Assembly: GCF_006345805.1 (NCBI RefSeq)
Contig: NC_043009.1
Location: 61,194,001 to 61,258,000 of the forward strand
Source: Octopus sinensis
Taxonomy: Eukaryota
Direction of reading: 5' to 3'
Length of the DNA stretch: 64,000 nt
The position numbers were made by a program, and so were the translations under genes. The notes under the pieces are model-generated. The model saw only the letters and a program-made list of their open reading frames with translations, was not told the origin of the DNA and did not search any database. Position 1 is the first letter of the stretch. Every line of letters starts with the position of its first letter. Positions 53,627-64,000 of this stretch are shown here, in pieces.

Positions 53627-53907
53627 TTCTCTAAAGGCACAAGGCCTGAAATTTTTGGGGAGGGGACTAGTCGATTACATTGACCCCAGTATTTCACTGG
53701 TACTTAATTTATCAACCCTGAAAGGACGAAAGGCAAATTTGACCTCAGAACATAGCAGCAGACAAAATACCACTAAGCATTTCATACAGTGTGCTAACAA
53801 TTCTGCAGAAAGAGACCCTGTGAGACCTCTGACAACAGGTTGTTGTCCACTCTCCCTGGATTGACCAGAGCAAGTAAGACCGAGAGCTCTGAGAAGTAAA
53901 ATAATAA

Positions 53908-53945
<38 letters not shown>

Positions 53946-53959
53946 GTGTTATCATGTAC

Positions 53960-54449
53960 ATTGTTTTGTCTTGGTATAAAAGATGGGCTACAGCAAATAT
54001 TCTGCTCAATACCATAGATTTGCTTGTCAGTTGTTTGACCTTAACCAGTTGACCATGTCCCTTAGTGGCTGACGATATGTGCATCTCTGATCACGAGCAG
54101 AAGTAGTGGGGGAGCATCATAGCCGTTTATTGAAAGGAATTCTTGGAGGTTTGGATAATTCACCTTTGGAAACATGGGTGTTTCGTTCAACATCCTTAAA
54201 CAATCCTTATTCAGGGATCTTTTGAGCAGGATGGGCTACTCAACCAGAAGAAAATTCTAACTGGGCCCTACCTGCAAGGTCGTGTGCTGTTTATCTTGAT
54301 ATGAGATCACTATGTCGCACACGTTTGGTTGTGATGCATGTGCCTGGTGTACCCTTATCAGATGGGTAGTTATGATGGGTATACTGGTCTTCGTATATTT
54401 TAACCCAGTGTCACTTTGATGGCATGCACTGCTCTCTCACTCAATAATG

Positions 54450-54450
<1 letters not shown>
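53960..54450 (+). mobile_element. Interspersed retroposon (family F) ending in (AAT)n
   Basis: The 3' half recurs inverted at 63040-63310, and both end ggcatgcactgctctctcactc(aat)n. Confidence 0.8.
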
Positions 54451-54493
<43 letters not shown>

Positions 54494-54961
54494 CCTTTCG
54501 ACTCTGGTACTAATTTCATTAACTGCAAAAAGGATGAAAGGCAAACTCGACCTCGGCAGAATTTGAACTCAGAACATAAAGATGGACAAAAATGTCACTA
54601 ATATTTTTGCCAGATGCAGTAACGATTTTGCCAACTCAGCACCAGAGTCTAGGTCAAAATATTAAATACCAAAAGTTTAGGCAGTTTTGGATCAATTGAC
54701 TAAATACAACAATACAAATACAAAACGTATGCTTTATATTGATTGACATTGCTGTGTTGTGTTGACAGGAACGTGGATATATCAGAAGAGTTGACAAGGT
54801 GCAGACAAGGCAGTGTAGTTAAGCAGCTTGCTTTCCAACTATTTGGTTTTTGAGTTCAGTCCCACTGCATGGCAACTTGGGCAAGTGTCTTCTAGTATAG
54901 CCTATATCCAACCAGTACTTGTGAGAGGATCTGGTAGTCAGAAACTGTATGGAGGTCCATC

Positions 54962-55057
<96 letters not shown>

Positions 55058-55061
55058 ATAC

Positions 55062-55920
55062 AAACTGGGACAAGAACGCAAAACATTTAGAAGACGATAC
55101 AAAAAACACGGTCAGGACATTCTAAGCCTTCAATCTTCAGTCAAGAATCGGATCATCCTCGTAATTTCGGCTGATTAATCTAAGCCAAGCGCATTATATA
55201 TATATATATGTAACTTCAAATTAATAATAAAAGGGAAAAATTAATCAATAAAATTAACTTAATTAATTAATTAATCAATCAATTAATTAATAATTTTACC
55301 AAGTAGATGATCAGTATGTTAAAATAACCTTGTGTGTTAATGTCATGGAGAGTCTTACAATAGTAGAAAAGGAATTTTTAACTCCTATTTCTAAATTCGA
55401 TATGTGGTGAAGCAATTAGCTGACCCCTAATTATAATTATGTTTATAATTATAGAATATTTGTGTGAGTATATATATATATATACAACTTATAAACAAGA
55501 GCAAAAGAAAAAACTTTCTAATGCCAAATATGCCAAAACTAGACACATCATCCATAAAAATATAATTCATCACTATAAGCACGCATCTCAAAGAAAGCCG
55601 ACAGAAATTTCTAAAAAATTCCGTTATTATCATATCAGACCCAATTTCAGAGTTAATTCATTAGAACCTTCTCTTCGTCAGTGATAAATGCAGCAAAGAA
55701 ATATATATATATATACATGTATGTATGCATGTATGTATATATAATTGCCTGAAATGGTCGTGACTTCTGGAACTTGACTGAGGAAAGAAAGCCACGAATA
55801 ACCCGTCTTTTTTTGCCTGTCCTTCTAATTGTTGTTTCTCTTCTCCGTCTTTATATCATCCATCTGTCCAAATGTTTTAATGTCCTCTATTGTGTTTTTG
55901 TTCCATTTTTATATTTATAT
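55062..55920. mobile_element. Modular microsatellite-embedded element with diverged inverted terminal modules and an internal hammerhead
   Basis: 55062-55190 (-) and 55745-55870 (+) are diverged copies of one module. 55280-55470 shares blocks with 37400-37560 and 28550-28620. Confidence 0.6.
55633..55686 (-). ncRNA. Minimal type I hammerhead ribozyme motif
   Basis: Minus strand TATCA-CTGACGA-AGAG-(18 nt)-CTCT-GAAA-T-TGG-GTC-TGATA gives a 5-bp stem I, a 4-bp stem II, a GUC triplet and a very weak stem III. Confidence 0.65.
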
Positions 55921-56414
55921 ATATATGTATATATAGTATATATCCTTTTATTCTTTTACTTGTTTCAGTGCTCCATGGTGGAGCACTGCCTTGAGGGGTT
56001 TTAGCTGAAGAAATCAACCCCAGGACTTATTTTCTGTAAGCCTGGTACTTATTCTACCATTCTCTTTTGCCAAACCACTAAGTTGCAGAGACATAAGCAC
56101 ACCAGTATCGGTTGTCAAGTGATGGTAGAGGGACAAACACAGACACAAAGACACATACACACACACACACAGAGAAACAACAGGCTTCTTTCAGTTTCCT
56201 TCTACCAAAATCCACTCACAAGGCTTTGGTTGGCCGAGGCTATAGCAGAAGACACTTCTTGTCCAAGGTGTCACGCAATGGGACTGAACCCAGAATCATG
56301 TGGTTGGGAAGCAAGCTTCTTATCACACTGCCATACCCATGCCTATATATATCAAAGTGATAAGAGTTAACACATGAAACTCTCAGCCCCTGAGCCACTT
56401 CGTTGCTTCTGTTA

Positions 56415-56457
<43 letters not shown>

Positions 56458-56540
56458 TATATATATATATATAATATATTCATGTTCTGAGTTCTATTTT
56501 TCATGTTTGTATCACTAAACCTATATGTGTGTGTGTGTAC

Positions 56541-56576
<36 letters not shown>

Positions 56577-56577
56577 A

Positions 56578-56612
<35 letters not shown>

Positions 56613-56837
56613 GTAGAGTATTCTTTGATACATTATAACTGTAAGGCTCCGATTTCCTGTATTGTGAATTGCTCATTTCTGATAATCAGCCTGTAATCTG
56701 AGCCAGGTTTTCTTTTGAAATATTCACTGTTTGAATATTTTTTTTGAAATATGATATGAAAGATTGATAGAAATGCTTATTCATATATTCTTTTGTTTAA
56801 AAACCTTTGTATGTACGTGCATGTGTGTGTATATACT

Positions 56838-56915
<78 letters not shown>

Positions 56916-56917
<2 letters not shown>

Positions 56918-57798
56918 CATGGTCTGATCAATAAGTATTCTGTTGCCATAGTAATGAAGCTAAAGCACGCAGAGTGAACCCACTTGACACAGATTAACCT
57001 TGGACTCTGCTCTGCAATTGCACTAAGTTTTAACATTCTAGCACACTTCCGTAGTTTACAGCAGTGCTTGGAAGGAAGTTGTGTAGCATGTGATCGCCAC
57101 ATTGATCATGGCGAAGTTGAGCAGAGAATCTGCATCAAATTTAGCCAAAAACCTGGCGATACCTGTTCAGAGGCTTATGCAAAGTTTTCAAAAAGTTTTC
57201 ATCGTTCTCGACACATTCAAGGTGGTCTTATGCAACTGAAACCCGAGTGTCTTTTTGGCCAGCTGAAAGCAGTTTTGGCACCAACTTGGCAGACATGCAT
57301 CTCATACCCAAATCTTCAGTGATGATGGACTGAACTGAACTTTAACTAATCTGCACATTCTCTGATAACTCACGGATGGTGATTCGATGATTTCCCCTCA
57401 CAGCTGCATGCACATCTGCGATGTTTTTCTCAGTTCTGCTGATTGCGGGTCTCCCAGAATGTGCGTCAATATCAACATTTTTTCAGCCATCTTGGAAGCC
57501 TCTGAAATACTTGGGTGTGGATCATACACTCCTCTCCATACACTTTCTGCAACTTTGTGTAGGTCTCTGAGCAGGTATCGCCATGACAACTTTCTCTGTC
57601 TAGGTCATTGTGACAACCACACACTATAGACCTTCAAACCAAGCACTGCTGTAGACAGCAGAATTGGGCTAGAATGTTAAAACTTGGTGCACATGCACAG
57701 CAGAGTTCAAGGTCAATCTGTGCTAAGTGGCTTTGCCTTGCATGCTTTAGCTTCGTTACTATGGCAACAGTCCATATACTTATTGATCAGATCTCATA
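56916..57798. mobile_element. Non-autonomous mariner made of two inverted 5' ends
   Basis: TA-bounded TIRs (tctgatcaataagta). The plus arm encodes EQRICIKF..K.GDTCSE, and the minus arm encodes GDTCSETY...SGRP...ITIRELSENVQIS...IITEDLGMRCMSAKLVPK (mariner HTH region). Confidence 0.85.
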
Positions 57799-58655
57799 TA
57801 TATATATATATATATATTTGTATGTATGTGTATGTGTATTAATGTGTGTGTGTGTGTGTGTGTGACTTTGTGATTGAGTTTGTTCATCACCACCACCACC
57901 TTGCTTAACAGTCAATGTTGGTTTGTTTACATCCCCAAAATTTAGCAGTCTGGTAAAAGAGACTGATAGAATAAGTACCAGACTTTAAAATAAGTTCTGG
58001 GAGGTTTGACTAAACCTTTTAAGAGGTGCCCCAGCATGGTCACGATCCAGTGACTGAAACTAGTATAAGTGAGAGAAAAGATAAAAGAAGCAAATACAAA
58101 TCTTTAATTTTTGATTAAATTTTTTAATTGTTTGTTCAGATAAACCCATTCCAAGAAAGTATCAAATGGGCTGCAAGATAAGTCTGTGGGCCGCAAGACA
58201 AAAGCCTGTGGGACACATGCGGCCTGTGGGCCTCAGGTTGGCCAGCCTTGTTTTATATAGTCATTCAAATGGCTAGAAATAGCAACCAAATTTTCTCTCT
58301 TAAATTGCTATGACACTGTGCTGGTGTTACGTAAAAAGCTCCCTTTGAACGTTGGGTCTCATGGAGGCAGTAACAAGTGACTGAGACCTTTCATGATATA
58401 CCATGCTTGAGAAAACCTGTCAAACCAAGTAAAATTATGTTCATGGCCGATGTCGATGTTACGCAACTGGCACCCATGCCAGTGGCATGTAGAAAGCACC
58501 GACTACACTCTTGGAGTGGTTGGCATCCAGCCGTGGAAATACTGCCAGATCAGACTGGAGTCTGGTGCAGCTTTCTGACTTACCAGTTTTCAGTCAAAAT
58601 GTCCAACCCATGCCAGCATGGAAAACAGACATTAAATAATGAAATGATGATGATT

Positions 58656-58687
<32 letters not shown>

Positions 58688-58743
58688 GATGATGATGGTG
58701 ATGACGATATTGAATAATGCAAGTCCTACATGAATGAACTGCA

Positions 58744-58776
<33 letters not shown>

Positions 58777-59015
58777 GACAATCATACATGTGTACACTGT
58801 CTGAGAGAAAGATAGTAAAGTTTGGCTGGAATGGCTCCGATCATAGACACAGACCTGTCTGGTCAGGTCTGATTCGGGGTTAAACAACATCAACATTTTA
58901 AATAATGAACTACTGAAAATAGTTCTTTTAACAATCAGCCAGATTGTCAGCGAAAATTCTGTTCAAAAGCAAGAAAAATAAATAACTAAATTAAAACTAA
59001 TGATGATGGTGGACG

Positions 59016-59060
<45 letters not shown>

Positions 59061-59068
<8 letters not shown>

Positions 59069-59513
59069 ATTCAATTACACACATACTCATGCACACAATC
59101 ACAGTCATACAATCACACACTTACTGATATGCACAGTCTCGCATACACATACATGTACAGAATGATACACACAACAAACACATGCATGGAAATACACATA
59201 TATACATACATACATACATACATACACATGTAAAAACACATGCATATACACACACACACGCACTTGCACATCCATATATACATAGACATTTATAGCATGG
59301 AAAGCGGACGCTAAACGATGATGATAATGATGATGATGATGATATAGTAAAAAGTTACATATGCACAAACATGCAGAAAATCATATATATATATATATAT
59401 ATATACACGTACATCACATATATAGAAACACACATGCATATACATCTTTACACACACACACACACATGCATACACATACTCCCTCTTTCTCTATCTCTCT
59501 GTCTGTTTGTCTG

Positions 59514-59568
<55 letters not shown>

Positions 59569-60051
59569 ACACACACACACACACAATCATTCAATTACAC
59601 ACATACTCATGCACACAATCACAGTCATACAATCACACACTTACTGATATGCACAGTCTCGCATACACATACATGTACAGAATGATACACACAACAAACA
59701 CATGCATGGAAATACACATATATACATACATACATACATACATACACATGTAAAAACACATGCATATACACACACACACGCACTTGCACATCCATATATA
59801 CATAGACATTTATAGCATGGAAAGCGGACGCTAAACGATGATGATAATGATGATGATGATGATATAGTAAAAAGTTACATATGCACAAACATGCAGAAAA
59901 TCATATATATATATATATATATATATATACACGTACATCACATATATAGAAACACACATGCATATACATCTTTACACACACACACACATGCATACACATA
60001 CTCCCTCTTTCTCTATCTCTCTGTCTGTTTGTCTGCCTCTCTCTCTCTCTC

Positions 60052-60105
<54 letters not shown>
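59061..60105. repeat. Near-identical 520-bp tandem duplication
   Basis: caatcattcaattac at 59064 and 59584. Identical 87-aa ORFs at 59105 and 59625. Confidence 0.95.
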
Positions 60106-60107
<2 letters not shown>

Positions 60108-60204
60108 AACACACACATGTACAATTACATAATTATCCATTGCGGGATGATAAACCAAAACTCAAGGTCTCTTTATGAAAGTCACACAACAGTGATGTTA
60201 ATTG

Positions 60205-60230
60205 CAATGATGGTGATGATGGTGATGATG

Positions 60231-60310
<80 letters not shown>

Positions 60311-60338
60311 GTGATGATGGTGATGATGGTGATGATGG

Positions 60339-60370
<32 letters not shown>

Positions 60371-60417
60371 GTGATGATGGTGATGATGTGATGATGGTGA
60401 TGATGGTGATGATGATG

Positions 60418-60499
<82 letters not shown>

Positions 60500-60530
60500 C
60501 GACGACGATGATGATGATGATGATGATGAT
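60205..60530 (+). repeat. (GAT)n/(GGT) microsatellite
   Basis: Directly visible. Confidence 0.95.
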
Positions 60531-62611
60531 TTTAATAATAATAATAACTAGTACACAATTTGATTCCACCTTGCCGGCAAACCTCTCCACTGAAATCCAC
60601 AAAACTGAAACCTAAGCCATTTGAGGATGATTTCAAGGCCTCCAGAAGAAGAAAGGTTAGAGGCAATATAAATACACTCTATAACAGCTATCCCAGCATG
60701 CAATGCTGTTGACTCCACCCTCAAGAGTGTTTACATAAGCATGCTTGATCAGGGCTGACATGGGGCTAAACAACACCGTTGGCAGCATTTACACCCAATA
60801 ACCTTATATATACACTCGCTGTAGCTTCCTTTTGAACTGAGAAACATCCTAAAACATGGCCAATGGCTAGGTTTACCTCTCTTCACTACTTCACCTTCGA
60901 CATAGTCCCAGCAACGTGGAATCATTGATATCTTACTTCATTTAGTAACTTGAAGGTTTTATATTTCAGGCAACTACCATCACCACTACCACAAACACTA
61001 TCACCAGCACCATCATCACTAACAACAACAACAACAACAACAGCATTATCAGCAACAGTACCACTACCAGCAACAACAACAACAACTCTTATCACCGGCA
61101 CCACCATCAGCAATGACATTATCATCACCAAAAAACATTATCCCCATCATTAACAACAGCAATATTATCGCCTACAGCATTATCACCCGCAACATTATCA
61201 CCATAACAACATTATCAACATAAACAACAACAACATTAGCATAACAGCATTATCAACACAAACATTATCACAAACACCACCACCAACAACATCATTAACA
61301 CCAACATCATTAACACCAACAACATTATCAACACAAACAACATTATCACCACCACCACCAGCAACAGCATTATCATCACCACAACAACATTAACACCAAC
61401 AACATTATCACCATCAAGAACAACACTATTACCACTTCCATCACCAACAGTATCACTTCTACCATCATTACTACAACCACCAATGCTCTCTGCACAATTC
61501 TCAGTGTGGAGGTGATAGTGTTGGTGGTAGCCGCAGAGATTGTAGTACTAGTGGTAGTGATGATAAAGTTAATATTGACAGTTGTAGAATTGACTGTATT
61601 GATGATAGTAACTTTGGTGGTGGTCATCATCGTTTAACATCCGTTTTCCTTGCTAGCATGGGTTGGACAGTTCGACCGGGGTCTGGAAAGCCAGGAGACT
61701 GCACTAGGCTCCAGTCGGATCTGTGCCAGAGGAGGCTAGCAACGACCACAGTTGGTTGGTGCTTATTATGTGCCACCGGTCAAGGTGGTGCTGGCATCGG
61801 CCACATTCGGATGATGCATTTTATGTGCCACCATCACGGGTGTGATAAAAGTGATGTTGGTGGTAGCAGTGATAGTATTGTTGATGCTAGTGTGGCACTA
61901 GTGTTGCTGTTAATGTCGTAGTAGTGTTATTCTCTGTGTGGTTGTGGTGATAGTAATTTTGATGGCAGTTGTAGTGAAAATTGTGTTGGTTGTCATAGTG
62001 TTAGTAATAATGTGCAACTGATAGGGACAATGTCTCTTTCAACACACACACATACACACACACACTTTGAAAGTGAAAGTAGACATGTATCCCAACCATC
62101 ACCACATGGGTATGTGTTGGTGGAATACCAGACAAATATCATTGAAATCAGATACATTGGACAATGTAGTCTCTGATATACAAGGAGATGGGGTGGGCAC
62201 ATTTGGAACAGCTTTGATCGTAGATCTGCTAGATCAAAGCTGACCTGGGGATAAAGCAAGACCAATTTACATACACCAATATAGATGAAAAATGCAATAA
62301 CCAATGAAAACAAAGCTTCTGTGTGTCACATGACCAGTCTAACAATAAGCAATGAAGGCTTCTTAGCAAGCCTCATGACATGGTTTATAACACACAAAGA
62401 GAAAACTTCAGTGCCAGTCATATGACCTGACTTATAAACCAGCCAATGGGAGCAAGTATATCAATGTCAATCACATGACCCAACCCCAACAGTAACCATG
62501 AAGCCAAGGTTAATGAACTGCTATGTCAGTCACATGACCTCACATGACCTAGCTTATATAGCAGACTGAAGAGTTGGACAATTAAGTTCTGACTAAATAA
62601 ATATTTAACTG

Positions 62612-62726
62612 TTCTATATATTGTGGGTATATGGTGTAGTGGTTAAGAGCGCAGGCTACTAACCCCAAGATTCCAAGTTTGATTCCAAGCAGAGACCTGA
62701 ACAATAACAATAATAATAATAATAAT

Positions 62727-62760
<34 letters not shown>

Positions 62761-62906
62761 TCGAAGAATACCTTAGGAATGAGAACCCAGGTTCGAAATT
62801 TCCCCAAGACACCTGAAGAAGGCTGGAGGGTATATCAGCCGAAACGTTGTTAACAACAAACAAGATGAGGACAAATATCCATCAAATGTAAATAATGTAA
62901 ATAATG
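62612..62906 (+). mobile_element. tRNA-headed SINE with a Penelope-type hammerhead-like tail and 14-bp TSD
   Basis: A box tggtgtagtgg 62632-42, B box gtttgattcc 62677-86, (AAT)n linker, CTGAAGA-a-ggctg/cagcc-GAAACGTT at 62813-48, and an (aatgtaaat)x3 tail. TSD taaatatttaactg at 62598-611 and 62907-920. Confidence 0.8.
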
Positions 62907-63306
62907 TAAATATTTAACTGGTTTCTGTCAGCCATAGTAAAAACAATAACAACCACCAACACTCTCCTCACAACCATAACTGTCACTACCACCACTGCAA
63001 CAAATATGAATCTCTATGTTTATGTTTATTATATTATTATTATTATTATTATTGAGTGAGAGAGCAGTGCATGCCATCAAAGTGACACTGGGGTCAAATA
63101 TACGAGGCCCAGTATACCCATCATGACTACCTGTCTGATAAGGGTACACCAGGCACATGCATCACAACCAAATGTGCGCGACACGGTGATCTCATGGTGA
63201 TCTCATAAACAGTGCATGACCTTGCAGGTGGGGCCCAGTTAGAAACTTCTTCTGGTCGAGTAGCCCATCCCACTCAAAAGGTCCCTGAATAAGGGTTGTT
63301 TAGGGA

Positions 63307-63337
<31 letters not shown>

Positions 63338-63382
63338 AGTAGTAGTAGTAGTAGTAGTAGTAGCAGCAGCAGCAGCAGTAGC

Positions 63383-63422
<40 letters not shown>

Positions 63423-63888
63423 AGGTGATCAGCTGGTAGAATTGCAAGCACAGCAGACAAAATGCCTAACAGTATTTCATCTATCTCGACTTTCTGAGTT
63501 CAAATTCCACCAAGGTGGACTTTGCCCTTCATCCTTTGCAGGTCAATGAAATACGTAGCAGTTAAATACTAGGGTTGAGTTAATCGACTTACCCCACTCC
63601 ATTAAAATTGCTGGCCTTGAGCCAAAATTCGAAACCACCATAAAGCAGTGAGCTCACAGATACGTTTACCATGCTGGACAAAAATGCTTAGTGGCATTTT
63701 GCCCCATCTTTTATGTTCTGAGTTCAAATATGCTGAGGTTGACTTTGCTTTCGTCTTTTTGAGATCAATAAAATAATAATAAAAACCTATAAAGTACTAA
63801 GATCGATTTTATTGAGTTGCCCCCTCCCCTCAAAATTGATGGCCTTGTGCCAAAATTAGAAAGAATTGTTGTTGTCATTATCACCATT

Positions 63889-63920
<32 letters not shown>

Positions 63921-64000
63921 CATTATTATTATTATTATTATTATGTTTTCGATGGTTTTATCTGTTGGTATTTTCTTGTAGTGTTTCTGTTGTTGTTCTT

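Noticed and set aside
55770-55812. CTGAGGA...GAAT...GTC as a canonical hammerhead
   Set aside because: It has GAAT instead of GAAA and no convincing stem I or II. It is kept only as part of the terminal-module finding.
1-64000. The many YIYI / HTHT / CVCV / poly-M, -I, -H, -N ORFs in the track
   Set aside because: They are translations of (TA)n, (CA)n, (CATA)n, (GAT)n, (CAC)n and (AAT)n tracts, which lack stops in several frames.

Overview
AT-rich, repeat-saturated eukaryotic genomic DNA. The SINE and RTE-tail families and the extreme (TA)n/(CA)n/(GAT)n load point to an octopus-like cephalopod (inference from family recognition, not a search). I find no recognisable intact host gene. Almost every ORF in the track is translated microsatellite, and only weak candidate exons exist (minus strand 14358-14238, 12465-12388, 10935-10766; plus strand 26611-26700). 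The window is a layered retroelement landscape: several tRNA-headed SINE families, many RTE-LINE 3' ends, decayed RT fragments of RTE, CRE-like and Penelope-like elements, MITEs, a fold-back mariner and minisatellites. The most striking signal is a set of hammerhead-ribozyme (HHR) motifs in four different short element types. These are (i) a ~210-nt element present as a head-to-head palindromic pair (12014-12387) and as a third copy (41958-42166), (ii) a minimal HHR inside a modular inverted-repeat element (55633-55686, minus), (iii) a TSD-flanked tRNA-headed SINE with an HHR-like tail (62612-62906), and (iv) a CpG-decayed HHR (18145-18182). A Penelope-like RT fossil (39732-39900) is a plausible trace of the mobilising partner. 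All folds and alignments were read by eye, and no ribozyme activity, expression or novelty has been verified.
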